DNA of 64,000 bases from Candidatus Faecivicinus sp. (GTDB taxonomy: Bacteria; Bacillota; Clostridia; Christensenellales; Aristaeellaceae), in NCBI GenBank assembly GCA_051883655.1, contig JBJEUD010000085.1:3100-67099 (forward strand), given 5' to 3'. This document shows, in pieces, positions 29,118-38,263 of this stretch. The stretch's first letter is position 1; the number at the start of each line of letters is the position of its first letter. The notes below the pieces were generated by a model. It was given only the letters and a program-made list of their open reading frames with translations, was not told the origin of the DNA and ran no database searches. The translations under genes were made by a program, and so were the position numbers.

Positions 29118-30986
29118 ATGAACGAGATGCTTCTGACGGCCCTTCGCGCCATCCTGCTGTGCCTGTCGTTTTTCGGGCTGTGCGCGACTGTGCGCAACTC
29201 GCTGAAACTGAACCGCTTTATCGTGCCCGCCTTCGCGGCCTGCACGATCATCTGCGTGCTGATGTTCGCCGGCATGCTGCATGTGCTGAAATACGGCTTT
29301 TATCTGCTGTACTTCGGCGGCTTTGCCGGTCTGATCTATACCTATATTGTCCGCAGGGTCCGGCCGGACTGGCTGCTGATCGGCCTGTTCGCGGTCTTCG
29401 CGGGATATCTGGCCTGGCGGATGGGCCCGACCCACTTGAATGAGTGGGACGATCTGTCCCACTGGGGGCTGGTCGCCCGCCACCTGCTGCGCGCGGACGC
29501 CTTCCCGGACGCTTCGACGACCACTGTCACCTTCCAGTCCTATCCGTTGGGATCGGCCTGCTTCATCTATTATGTCGGCCGCACGGTGTGCAATACAGAG
29601 GGACTCTATCTGTTTGCGCAAAACCTCCTCTGCGGGCTTCTGTTCACGCCCGTGCTGGCCCATATCCGCGGAAACCGCCGTTATCTCTATCCTGCGGCCG
29701 GCCTTCTGTTCGTCCTGCTGTTCCGCTTCAACCATGCCATGGACACCCTGTTCGTGGACTGGCAGCTGAGCTTTCTGGGCATCGGCGCCGCAGCCTCGGT
29801 GCTTTACTACAAAGACGATCTGCGCAAGGCAGTGCTGGCCGGCATGCCCTGCATCATCGCCGTGGTCTTTCTGAAGAACAGCGGCCTGTTCTTCTCGGCG
29901 GCCACGGCTGCGCTGCTGGCCTGGGTCGCGCACCGCAACGGCCGTTCGCGGGGGCGCGCGGCGGGCGTGCTGCTGGCGAGCATTCTCGCGGCGGCCGCGG
30001 CCTATCTGCTGTGGACGGTGCATGTGCGGCTGGACTTCGTCGACGGCATGTCCACGAAGCACGCCGTTTCCATTTCCCAATATGCGAGCAATCTGAACTC
30101 CAAGGGCCTGATTACGGTTCTGCGCATCGTCAAGCGCATGCTGCTCGCGCTGATTCACCCCTATTTCTTCCAGGTGTTCTCCGCGCTGTTCATGGTCGCC
30201 GCCTTCGCCCTGAACCGGCTGGCGTGCCGCTTCCGCCCGGAGCTGCAGTCTCTGCGCCGCCCGACCGCCCACGGCCTTTGGGCCTGCGTTGCGGCCTACG
30301 CCGTCTGGCACTTCATGGTATTCCTCATGTACGTGTTCTCCATGTCCACCGCGGAGGCCCTGCGGCTCGCGTCCTACTGGCGCTACAGCACCACCGGCCT
30401 GCTTTACATGATGGGCTGCGCCGCCATCCTGCTGTTCGACCTCCTCAGCCGGCCGGAGCTACGCCCGGCCAGGTGGGTGAAATTCGCATGCATCGGCACG
30501 GCGGTGGTCTGTGCAGCCGTCGCGCCGATTCTCGCCGTGTCTGAATTCGACATGGTAGAATTGCGCGCCTACTATCCCGCCTTTGTTCAGCGCGAAACGG
30601 AATACAACCCGCTGCGCGCCGGCACGCTGAAGGCCAAGGAGGCCTATGACCTCCCGGAAGACGGCAGCTATCTGATCTACGCCGGAGGAGACATCATCGG
30701 CGCCGCTGCAAACGCCTATTACCGCGCCGTCAAGTACGACCTGAACAGTCTGAACATCGACATCATCGCCCGCATCATCGACGACAAGGAGACGAATGCC
30801 GAATACACGATCAAATCCGACGAGGTCAGCGGCACCTTCGATTCCCCCATCGATTTCCTGGAAAGCCATCTGGACAATTACGATGCTTTTCTGATCCTGT
30901 TCGAGGACGAGCGGTTTGAAACGGATGTCGCGGACTTTCTGAGCGCCTGGACCGGCGATACGCCCGTCCTCTTCATCTATCGCTGA
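29118..30986 (+). CDS. Hypothetical polytopic membrane protein (about 12 or more TM helices plus a soluble C-terminal domain of about 150 aa); possible GT-C-type glycosyltransferase
   Basis: Hydrophobic-helix pattern throughout aa 1-470. Acidic loop motif HLNEWDDLSHWG after the early TM helices. No family recognised with certainty. Confidence 0.6.
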   Translation: MNEMLLTALRAILLCLSFFGLCATVRNSLKLNRFIVPAFAACTIICVLMFAGMLHVLKYGFYLLYFGGFAGLIYTYIVRRVRPDWLLIGLFAVFAGYLAWRMGPTHLNEWDDLSHWGLVARHLLRADAFPDASTTTVTFQSYPLGSACFIYYVGRTVCNTEGLYLFAQNLLCGLLFTPVLAHIRGNRRYLYPAAGLLFVLLFRFNHAMDTLFVDWQLSFLGIGAAASVLYYKDDLRKAVLAGMPCIIAVVFLKNSGLFFSAATAALLAWVAHRNGRSRGRAAGVLLASILAAAAAYLLWTVHVRLDFVDGMSTKHAVSISQYASNLNSKGLITVLRIVKRMLLALIHPYFFQVFSALFMVAAFALNRLACRFRPELQSLRRPTAHGLWACVAAYAVWHFMVFLMYVFSMSTAEALRLASYWRYSTTGLLYMMGCAAILLFDLLSRPELRPARWVKFACIGTAVVCAAVAPILAVSEFDMVELRAYYPAFVQRETEYNPLRAGTLKAKEAYDLPEDGSYLIYAGGDIIGAAANAYYRAVKYDLNSLNIDIIARIIDDKETNAEYTIKSDEVSGTFDSPIDFLESHLDNYDAFLILFEDERFETDVADFLSAWTGDTPVLFIYR

Positions 30987-31020
30987 ACGAATCCAATCCG
31001 CTTCTTCGCGGGCTGCCGCT

Positions 31021-31349
31021 TTGCCTGTCCTTCTTTGGACTGTGCGCGGCACGCTGAAGCGGAACCGGTTCAGCCCGCCCGGCTTTGCCCGATTGATCGA
31101 TACCTGTTTGATCCGCCCGGGCTGGCTGCTGATCGGCCTGTTTGCGGTCCTCGCGCTGTTTCCGGTCTGGCGGTTTCGCGCATCCAGGGCACGCTCCGCG
31201 CCAAATCCGCCGGCGAACTGCCGGACAAGCAGCTCGACGGCTGCGACGCGATCATCCTGATGGCGGAGAACGCCGAACTGGAGGCCGCGCTGAGCGAACT
31301 GCTGGCCGGCAGCAAAGCCGACATTCCCATCATTCGCACCTATACATAA
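31021..31349 (+). pseudogene. Collapsed remnant of a paralogue of the 29118-30986 membrane protein gene
   Basis: A 21-nt exact repeat (ctggctgctgatcggcctgtt) occurs at 29369-29389 and 31122-31142. N-terminal similarity: LSFFGLCA..LK.NRF. The C-terminal segments GTLRAKSAGELPD and DAIILMAENAELEAALSELLAG..IPIIRTY mirror GTLKAKEAYDLPE and DAFLILFEDERFETDVADFLSAW..PVLFIYR. Confidence 0.65.
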
Positions 31350-31352
31350 AGC

Positions 31353-31391
31353 GATCGCCTGCGGAGCATCCTCCGCAGGCGATCATTTTTT
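31353..31391. terminator. Bidirectional hairpin terminator
   Basis: gatcgcctgcggag-catc-ctccgcaggcgatc stem followed by TTTTTT on the plus strand. It overlaps the stop of the minus-strand methyltransferase gene. Confidence 0.7.
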
Positions 31392-31952
31392 CCGCGCGTT
31401 CGCGTACCGGAGGCTCCTCCGCTCCGCTTCGAACACATAATAGCCGTCGACCTCGCGCACGCGCACGCCGCCGAACACGGCCTTCAGCTTGTTGCGGTAC
31501 CAGTCCAGCCGCTTGGTGACCATCACCATCCGGCCGCCGAGCTTCAGGCGGTTGAAGCCCTTTTCGATGAACCGCTTCGCCACGGCAAAGTCACTCTGGT
31601 AGGGCGGGTTGCTGAGGATCAGGTCGAAGCCCGACTCGTCCACGGCTTCAAAGCCGTCGGACAGCACAATTTTCACGCCTTCCACGCCGTTGAGCGCCGC
31701 GTTTTCCCGGGCGGCTTCGACGGCGCCCTCGTCCGCGTCCGACATCACCACATTCTCCGCGCCGCACTTCTTCGCCGCCGCGATGCCCACCACGCCGCAG
31801 CCGCAGCCCAGATCCATCACCCGCATGCCCGGCCGAAGCTCCACCGTGGAAAGCATCGTCAGCGTGCCGCGGTCCACATGCTGCGGAGAAAACAGCCCCG
31901 GCTGCGTCCGGAGGGTCAGCTGTTCGCCCAGCACCTCGGCTTTGATCGTCAT
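31383..31952 (-). CDS. Class I SAM-dependent methyltransferase (RsmC/RlmG-type small MTase domain)
   Basis: VMDLGCGCGVVGIAAA (SAM motif I) and LSNPPYQ (NPPY motif), 189 aa. AGGGAGGA SD lies upstream of the ATG at 31952; the track ORF start at 32570 is a spurious extension. Confidence 0.8.
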   Translation of the reverse strand: MTIKAEVLGEQLTLRTQPGLFSPQHVDRGTLTMLSTVELRPGMRVMDLGCGCGVVGIAAAKKCGAENVVMSDADEGAVEAARENAALNGVEGVKIVLSDGFEAVDESGFDLILSNPPYQSDFAVAKRFIEKGFNRLKLGGRMVMVTKRLDWYRNKLKAVFGGVRVREVDGYYVFEAERRSLRYANARKK

Positions 31953-32072
31953 GTTCAATTCCTCCCTTGCAACGCCATTATAGCACACCTGCGCAGCAGA
32001 CAAAAGTATAATTCTCGAAAGTTGGGAAAAGCTGTTGATGTTGGCAATGCTTCGCCGGAGAGGAGGATGCCC

Positions 32073-32624
32073 ATGGCGCTGCCGATGGTCACCGCCGCCG
32101 TGGCGCTTTTCTACCTCAGCGCGATTCCCATTCACGCCGCCGTGTGCCTGCGGCTGGGGGCGAACGCCGGGTTCGGGCTCGGCGTGTCGCCCTTCGAGGC
32201 GCGGTTTGCGCTCCAAAGAGCGCTGCATCAGCAGGGCAGCGGCGGAAAACTCCCTCATTTCTGGAAAAAAATCTCCTGGCAGGACGCGCTGTCGGGCGCG
32301 CTGCGGGCCCTTCGATATGCCTCCGCCCACGTCAAGATCGAGCGCATCCGCCTGGACGGCACGTTCGCCTCGGACGACGCCGCGCTGACCGCGCTGGTCT
32401 GCGGCGGCACAACGGCTCTCGGCGGCGCGCTGGGCTGCGTCCTCGGGCGCGAGGTCCGCTTCAACCTGCGGCCGGACTTTTCCGGCGGCCCGATGCGGGT
32501 GGATCTGACGGGAATGATCTCGATGCGCGTCGGGCATATTATGCTTGCTGCGCTGCTCGGAGCGCTCCAATATGGATCGAGGAGGTTGAAAGAATGGACA
32601 AGCATCCCATTGAAAGCATCATGA
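32073..32624 (+). CDS. ytfI: DUF2953/YtfI-like sporulation-associated protein
   Basis: N-terminal TM helix plus the segment IERIRLDGTFASDDAALTALVCGGTTALGGAL, typical of DUF2953. It directly precedes and overlaps ytfJ, as in Bacillus. Confidence 0.5.
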   Translation: MALPMVTAAVALFYLSAIPIHAAVCLRLGANAGFGLGVSPFEARFALQRALHQQGSGGKLPHFWKKISWQDALSGALRALRYASAHVKIERIRLDGTFASDDAALTALVCGGTTALGGALGCVLGREVRFNLRPDFSGGPMRVDLTGMISMRVGHIMLAALLGALQYGSRRLKEWTSIPLKAS

Positions 32625-33043
32625 CCACGACAATGGAAAACATCCGCGACATGATCGACGTCAACACCGTCATCGGCGACGCCATTCCCACGGCCGACGG
32701 CTGCACCGTCATTCCGATTTCCCGCGTGAGCTTCGGCTTCGTGGCGGGCGGCGGCGAGTACACCGTGCCGTCCCACGGCCGCGCGGACGCCGGTCAGCCC
32801 CAGAAGGATCTGCCCTTTGCCGGCGGCACCGGCGCGGGCGTCACCGTACAGCCGCTGGGCTTCCTGGTCACCGGACCGGATCAGGTGCGCCTGCTGCCCG
32901 CCCAGCCCTACGCGCCCATCGACCGCATCATCGAGCTGATGCCCCAGGCCATGTGCGAAATCAAGAACGCGCTGTGTGCCTGCGTGAACAAGAAGAAGGA
33001 CGAAGCACAGCCCCAGCCGCCCCAGCCCGCGCCCGCCAACTGA
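32594..33043 (+). CDS. ytfJ: GerW/YtfJ family sporulation protein
   Basis: HPIESIMTTTMENIRDMIDVNTVIGDAIPTADGCTVIPISRVSFGFVAGGGEY...GTGAGVTVQPLGFLV is the YtfJ/GerW signature. Confidence 0.85.
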   Translation: MDKHPIESIMTTTMENIRDMIDVNTVIGDAIPTADGCTVIPISRVSFGFVAGGGEYTVPSHGRADAGQPQKDLPFAGGTGAGVTVQPLGFLVTGPDQVRLLPAQPYAPIDRIIELMPQAMCEIKNALCACVNKKKDEAQPQPPQPAPAN

Positions 33044-33094
33044 CGCATGAACAGATCCCTCCCGCGCATATGCTTGCCAGGGAGGGATTTGTTC

Positions 33095-34063
33095 ATGCAG
33101 CCGACTTTGGCCATCACCGTGCCCGCACCGGGCATGATTTTCATCAACGGGCGCTTTCTGGGCGAAGCCGCGCCCGACGCGCCGCTGATTGCGCCGGTGC
33201 ACAGCTTCGGCGCAGTCTATCTGGAATACCGGCCGCTGGAGCCGGGCTGGCTTTCGATGGCGCGAAAGCTGGTGCTGTCCGCCGGAAAGCCGCTGAGCGA
33301 CGTTCTCGCAGAGGACGTATTCGCCGTCTGCTGGCCGGGCGGCATTACGGAAGTGGAGCTCGCGCCCCCTCAGCGCCGGGAAGACGCCGCCGAAGCGCTG
33401 ACCCTGGACGGGCTGAACGGCAGAATCGTCCGCGGCGAGCACAGCCGCATTGAGCTGAACGGCCTGAGCTGTCCGTTTCCGGAAAACGGACAGTCGCCGG
33501 AGCTGCGCAGGCTGAACGGCTGCATTGCGCTCATGGGCGCTGCGGGAGACGGCCGCTATCTGCTCACCTTCTCCCCGGACCTGACCCGGCAGACGGGCTC
33601 TCTGCAGGCCGACCGGCTGGAATTTGAGTCCGACAGCCTGCTGAAGGCGATGACCCTGCGCCGCGACGTGGCCGGGCACGCCGCGCTGGAGCGCTGGCAG
33701 ATCGACGCCTCCGGGCTCCGCCTGATCTCCTCCGAGCCCGTTTGGGAGGACGGCGCTCCCCGCGCGCCCTCGACGCCGGAAGAAGCCGCCCGCGCTGCGG
33801 CGGAGGCCGCGCTGCTCGGCCGGTTCGACGAGGCGGACGCCCACCTTTCCCCCGCGCTGCGCGCCCGCCGTCCTCTGGACCTGATCGGCGAGCTCTGCGC
33901 GCTGTGCCTGCCAATGAAATATTCACCGCCCACCGGCCGGCCCTGCGTCGGCCTGCTGCACGTGGACAGCGGCAGCTGCGCCACCGTGATCCCCATGTAC
34001 TATCAGGCGGAGCAAGCCGGCGGCCGCTGGCTGCTGACCGCGCTCTCCATCGAGGCGCAGTAA
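33095..34063 (+). CDS. Hypothetical protein (322 aa)
   Basis: GGAGGGA SD 7 nt upstream of the ATG. Coding-type G/C third-position bias. No family recognised. Same strand as ytfJ and 51 nt after it. Confidence 0.55.
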   Translation: MQPTLAITVPAPGMIFINGRFLGEAAPDAPLIAPVHSFGAVYLEYRPLEPGWLSMARKLVLSAGKPLSDVLAEDVFAVCWPGGITEVELAPPQRREDAAEALTLDGLNGRIVRGEHSRIELNGLSCPFPENGQSPELRRLNGCIALMGAAGDGRYLLTFSPDLTRQTGSLQADRLEFESDSLLKAMTLRRDVAGHAALERWQIDASGLRLISSEPVWEDGAPRAPSTPEEAARAAAEAALLGRFDEADAHLSPALRARRPLDLIGELCALCLPMKYSPPTGRPCVGLLHVDSGSCATVIPMYYQAEQAGGRWLLTALSIEAQ

Positions 34064-34072
34064 ATGTTCCTG

Positions 34073-34121
34073 AAAAAAATCGCCCCCGCTCCCGGACACT
34101 GCCTGGGAGCGGGGGCGATTT
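34073..34121. terminator. Bidirectional hairpin terminator
   Basis: aaatcgcccccgctccc / gggagcgggggcgattt stem flanked by A7 (5-prime) and TTT (3-prime). It is stronger for the minus-strand GNAT gene. Confidence 0.75.
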
Positions 34122-34160
34122 GTCAATGCCTGTCAAGGCGGACTGGCCGGGCGCATATCC

Positions 34161-34700
34161 TCAGAGTGAAGCTCCGCGTTCGATCCAGTACCGCTCCAGA
34201 TTCACGCCCTCACCGGGCTCGAACACCGTGGACTCGTACACGCCGCCGTTGGCGAGGATGGTCCGGCGGCTGCCCTCGTTGGTGTCAATGCAGGTGACGA
34301 GCACCCGCTCCAGCCCCAGCTTCCAGCAGCGGGGCAGCGCTTCCCTCAGCATCCAGGCGGCATAGCCCTTCCGTCGCTCGTCGGGGCGCACCGAATAGCC
34401 GATGTGGCCCGCATACCGCTCGAGAAAATCATTGAAGCGATGCCGGATCTGGATCATGCCCACGATGCGGCCATCAGATTTTCGCACGCAGACGTACTGC
34501 GTGCTGGGCACCCAGTTTCCGGGCACGGTGGCGGGATCCGCGAGCAGCGCGTTGAATTCCAGCCAATCCCGCGGATCGGCGTGCCGGCGGAGCGAGCCGC
34601 AGCCATCCATGGAATCCCCCGCGTCCAGAAACGCCTGCCGATAGGAGATGATCTCCGGCGCCATGGAAATCTCCGGCAGAACCAGTTCAAGTGCATCCAT
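34161..34700 (-). CDS. GNAT family N-acetyltransferase
   Basis: IVGMIQIRHRFNDFLERYAGHIGYSVRPDERRKGYAAWMLREAL is a GNAT core. AGGAGGGA SD lies upstream of the ATG at 34700. Confidence 0.8.
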   Translation of the reverse strand: MDALELVLPEISMAPEIISYRQAFLDAGDSMDGCGSLRRHADPRDWLEFNALLADPATVPGNWVPSTQYVCVRKSDGRIVGMIQIRHRFNDFLERYAGHIGYSVRPDERRKGYAAWMLREALPRCWKLGLERVLVTCIDTNEGSRRTILANGGVYESTVFEPGEGVNLERYWIERGASL

Positions 34701-34795
34701 CCGAATCCCTCCTGTTTTTTCATTCATTATATTCATCTGCGGCGCATCCGTCCATCCCTTCCCCAGCTTTCGGCAATATTTTACGCAATTTCACC

Positions 34796-34823
34796 TATAC
34801 AGGCAAATATTGCGTGTTATAAT
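34796..34823 (+). promoter_or_regulatory. Candidate extended -10 promoter for the marR operon
   Basis: TATACA (34796-34801), 16 nt ending in TGT, TATAAT (34818-34823). Confidence 0.45.
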
Positions 34824-34825
34824 GT

Positions 34826-34854
34826 TTGACATACAACAGTTAGCCAGTTGTCAA
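34826..34854 (+). promoter_or_regulatory. Inverted repeat, candidate MarR operator
   Basis: TTGACAtaCAAC ... GTTGTCAA (arms TTGACA/TGTCAA and CAAC/GTTG), placed between the -10 and the SD of marR. Confidence 0.35.
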
Positions 34855-34883
34855 TATTAAGAATCTTTATAAGGAGAACGAAT

Positions 34884-35342
34884 ATGAACAACAGGCATGC
34901 GGCATTGCTGGACATCATGTGCCTGGCAAACTGCCTCTCCCGGGAGCTGGGCGCCCTGAATGCGGAGCGCAGCAGCGCGGGCATCTCCCGCGTGAACGCG
35001 CAGATTCTCGAATACCTGGTCTCCCACGAGGAGTGCGACGTGTTTCAAAAGGACATCGAGGAGGAATTCTCCATCCGCCGGAGCACCGTCTCAAAGGTTG
35101 TGCGCCTGATGGAGATGAAGGGCCTGATTCAGCGCGAAGCCGTCGCGCAGGACGCGCGTCTGAAGCGGCTGATGCTCACCGACCGGGCGCGGGAAATCCA
35201 CAGAGTCGCCTCCGGAGAATTTGCCGCCTTTGAAGAACGCGCCACCAAGTCGCTCTCCGACGGAGAGGTTCAAACCCTGCGGACGCTGCTGGAAAAGATC
35301 AGCTGCTCCCTGAAACCTGACAATAACGAGGGAAACGTATGA
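34884..35342 (+). CDS. MarR family transcriptional regulator
   Basis: Winged-helix segment QKDIEEEFSIRRSTVSKVVRLMEMKGLIQREAVAQDARLKRLMLT. AAGGAG SD. Confidence 0.88.
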   Translation: MNNRHAALLDIMCLANCLSRELGALNAERSSAGISRVNAQILEYLVSHEECDVFQKDIEEEFSIRRSTVSKVVRLMEMKGLIQREAVAQDARLKRLMLTDRAREIHRVASGEFAAFEERATKSLSDGEVQTLRTLLEKISCSLKPDNNEGNV

Positions 35343-38263
35343 GAATCGGATTGGACATCGGCTCCACCACGATCAAAACCGTGGTGTTTGACGATCAGAA
35401 CAACATTGTTTTTCGCCACTACGAGCGCCATTGCGCCCGCATCAACGAGCTCGCCTGCTCGCTGCTGCAGCAGATCGACGCGCAGTTCCCGAACACGCCC
35501 TTCCGCATGGCCATCTCCGGCTCTGCGGGCATGGGACTGGCCGAGGACGTGGGCGTGGAATTTCTCCAGGAGGTCTATGCCACCCGCCTTGCGCTGAAAA
35601 AACTGGCGCCCGAAACGGATGTGGCCATCGAGCTGGGCGGCGAGGACGCAAAAATCCTGTTCCTCACCGGCGCGGGCGGTCTGGAGGTGCGCATGAACGG
35701 CAGCTGTGCCGGCGGCACCGGCGCGTTCATCGACCAGATGGCCACGCTGATGGACGTGCCCGTGGAGGACCTGGAAACCCTCTCCCGCGCCCATGAGCGC
35801 ACCTACGCCATCGCCTCCCGCTGCGGCGTGTTCGCCAAGTCGGACATCCAGCCGCTGCTCAACCAGGGCGCGCGCAAGGAGGACATCGCCCGAAGCATCT
35901 TCGAAGCCGTGGCCGGCCAGACCATCACCGGACTGGCGCAGGGCCGGCACATCGCCGGAAACGTGGTCTACCTCGGCGGCCCGCTGACCTTCTTCTCCCA
36001 GCTGCGCGACAGCTTCGACAAGGCGCTGAACATCCATGGCGTATGCCCGGACGATTCGCTGTTCTCCGTGGCCATCGGCGCGGCGGAGCACGCACAGGAG
36101 GAATTTCTCCTGCCGGAGCTGATCGACAGGATTCTCCACCGCAATGTCCGCGCGGAGCGCGCCAGCTGCCCGCCGCTGTTCGCCAGCGCGGAGGAGTACG
36201 AGGCCTTCCGCACCCGCCATGAGGCCACGAGCATCCCCACCATCTCCGACCCCGACTATTCCGGCAACGTCTACATCGGCATCGACGCCGGCTCCACCAC
36301 CATCAAGGCCGTGGCCATCGACGAGAATCTGCGCATCCTGAAGAGCGCCTATCTCTCCAACAAGGGCAACCCCATTCCCGCCGTGTGCGACTTCCTGATC
36401 TCCTTCTACCGCGAGTATCCCAAGGCCACCGTGGCGGGCGCCGCCTCCACCGGCTACGGCGAGGCGCTGGTCAAGGAGGCCTTCCGCCTGGACGGCGGCG
36501 TGGTGGAAACCATCGCCCATTATCTGGCCGCGAAGCAGCTGCAGCCGGACGTGGACTTCATCATCGACATCGGCGGCCAGGACATCAAGTGCTTCCGCAT
36601 CCGCGACGGCGCGATCGACGACATCTTCCTCAACGAGGCCTGCTCCTCGGGCTGCGGCTCGTTCATCCAGACCTTCGCCAGCACCTGGGGCCTGCCGGTC
36701 AGCGAATTTGCCCGGAAGGGCCTGCTGGCGAAGCATCCCGTGGAGCTGGGCTCCCGCTGCACGGTGTTCATGAACTCCTCGGTCAAGCAGGCGCAGAAGG
36801 ACGGCGCTTCGCTGGAGGACATCTCCGCGGGCCTGTCCATCAGCATCGTGAAGAATGCGCTTTACAAGGTCATCCGCACCGCCAACGCCAGGGAGCTGGG
36901 CCGGCACATCGTGGTGCAGGGCGGCACCTTCTTAAACGACGCCGTGCTGCGCGCCTTTGAGCGCGAGATCGGACACGACGTGGTTCGCCCCAACATCGCC
37001 GGCCTGATGGGCGCTTACGGCGTGGCCGTTTGGATTCGCTCCAGCGGCTGGGGCAAGAGCAACGTGCTCTCCCTGGACGAATTGATGAACTTCTCCCAGA
37101 CCTCCGAGAGCATGCGCTGCAAGGGCTGCGAAAACAAGTGCCAGCTGACCATCATCAAATTCGACGGCGGCCGCCGCTTCATCAGCGGAAACCGCTGTGA
37201 GCGCATGATCCGCGGCAAGAAGGTGGAACTGCCCAACATGTACGCCGAGAAGCGCAAAATGCTGCGCGAGCTGCCCGCAGGCAGCGGCAGGCGCGGCCGC
37301 ATCGGCATCCCCATGGGCCTGAATTTCTACGAGCTGTATCCCTTCTGGAACGAGCTGTTCACCCGGCTGGGCTTTGAACTGATCCAGTCGCCGGAGTCCA
37401 GCCACGCGCTGTACGCCTCCGGCCAGATGACGATTCCCTCGGACACCGCCTGCTATCCGGCGAAGATGCTCCACGGCCACATCGAATGGCTGCTCAAGCA
37501 GAACGTGGACGCCATCTTCTACCCCTGCATGAGCTACAACTTCGACGAGTTCAAGGGCGACAACCACTACAACTGTCCGGTGGTGGCCTACTATCCCGAG
37601 GTGCTCCGTCTGAACATCCCTCAGCTGAAGGATGTGAAGTTCATCTGCGATTACATCGGCATCCATCGCCCGGCGGACTTTGAGCGGAAGTTCCCGAAAA
37701 TCCTGGACAAATATTTTCCCGGCATTCCCGCCCGCGAGGTGCGCGAGGCCGTCCGCGCGGCCTATCAGGCCTATGAGGCGCACATGAAGCGCATCCACGA
37801 GCGCGGTCAGGCCATGCTGAAGCAGGCCCGCGCCGAAGGGCGGCAGGTGATCGTGCTCTGCGGCCGGCCCTACCACATCGACCCGGAAATCAGCCACGGC
37901 ATCGACCGGCTGATCGGCGAGCTGGGCGCCGTGGTCGTCACCGAGGACGCCGTCAGCCCGCTGGTGGAGAAGTTCCCCACCCAGGTTCTCAACCAGTGGA
38001 CCTATCACGCCCGTCTGTACGCCGCAGCGAAGTACGTCGCCCAGTGCGGCGACCCCGGAATCAATCTGGTTCAGCTCGTGTCCTTCGGCTGCGGCGTGGA
38101 CGCCATCACCACCGACGAGACCCGCCGCATTCTCCACGAGGGCGGCAAGCTCTACACCCAGATCAAGATCGACGAAATCACCAACCTCGGCACGGTGCGC
38201 ATCCGCCTGCGCAGCCTGTTTGCCGCGCTGGAGCAGGAGGAACGCGCGCATGGAAAGAGTTGA
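35339..38263 (+). CDS. Fusion protein: two BcrAD/BadFG/HgdC-type activase ATPase domains plus a 2-hydroxyacyl-CoA-dehydratase-component-like C-terminal domain
   Basis: Two repeats of the activase pattern: MRIGLDIGSTTIKTVV...SCAGGTGAFIDQ...RCGVFAKSD, and YIGIDAGSTTIKAVAI...ACSSGCGSFIQ...RCTVFMNSS. Cys cluster CKGCENKC, then a dehydratase-like domain of about 380 aa. ATGA overlap with marR. Confidence 0.8.
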   Translation: MRIGLDIGSTTIKTVVFDDQNNIVFRHYERHCARINELACSLLQQIDAQFPNTPFRMAISGSAGMGLAEDVGVEFLQEVYATRLALKKLAPETDVAIELGGEDAKILFLTGAGGLEVRMNGSCAGGTGAFIDQMATLMDVPVEDLETLSRAHERTYAIASRCGVFAKSDIQPLLNQGARKEDIARSIFEAVAGQTITGLAQGRHIAGNVVYLGGPLTFFSQLRDSFDKALNIHGVCPDDSLFSVAIGAAEHAQEEFLLPELIDRILHRNVRAERASCPPLFASAEEYEAFRTRHEATSIPTISDPDYSGNVYIGIDAGSTTIKAVAIDENLRILKSAYLSNKGNPIPAVCDFLISFYREYPKATVAGAASTGYGEALVKEAFRLDGGVVETIAHYLAAKQLQPDVDFIIDIGGQDIKCFRIRDGAIDDIFLNEACSSGCGSFIQTFASTWGLPVSEFARKGLLAKHPVELGSRCTVFMNSSVKQAQKDGASLEDISAGLSISIVKNALYKVIRTANARELGRHIVVQGGTFLNDAVLRAFEREIGHDVVRPNIAGLMGAYGVAVWIRSSGWGKSNVLSLDELMNFSQTSESMRCKGCENKCQLTIIKFDGGRRFISGNRCERMIRGKKVELPNMYAEKRKMLRELPAGSGRRGRIGIPMGLNFYELYPFWNELFTRLGFELIQSPESSHALYASGQMTIPSDTACYPAKMLHGHIEWLLKQNVDAIFYPCMSYNFDEFKGDNHYNCPVVAYYPEVLRLNIPQLKDVKFICDYIGIHRPADFERKFPKILDKYFPGIPAREVREAVRAAYQAYEAHMKRIHERGQAMLKQARAEGRQVIVLCGRPYHIDPEISHGIDRLIGELGAVVVTEDAVSPLVEKFPTQVLNQWTYHARLYAAAKYVAQCGDPGINLVQLVSFGCGVDAITTDETRRILHEGGKLYTQIKIDEITNLGTVRIRLRSLFAALEQEERAHGKS

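Noticed and set aside
32006-32033. Forespore-sigma-like promoter GTATA-N13-GGGAAAAGCT upstream of ytfI.
   Set aside because: The spacer is 1-2 nt shorter than the pattern I recall, and the -10 match is imperfect. It is kept only as a note inside a finding.
31953-32570. Upstream 206-codon extension of the methyltransferase ORF.
   Set aside because: The AGGGAGGA SD and the methyltransferase fold begin at ATG 31952. The extension is antisense to the ytfI-like gene and has an artefact composition.
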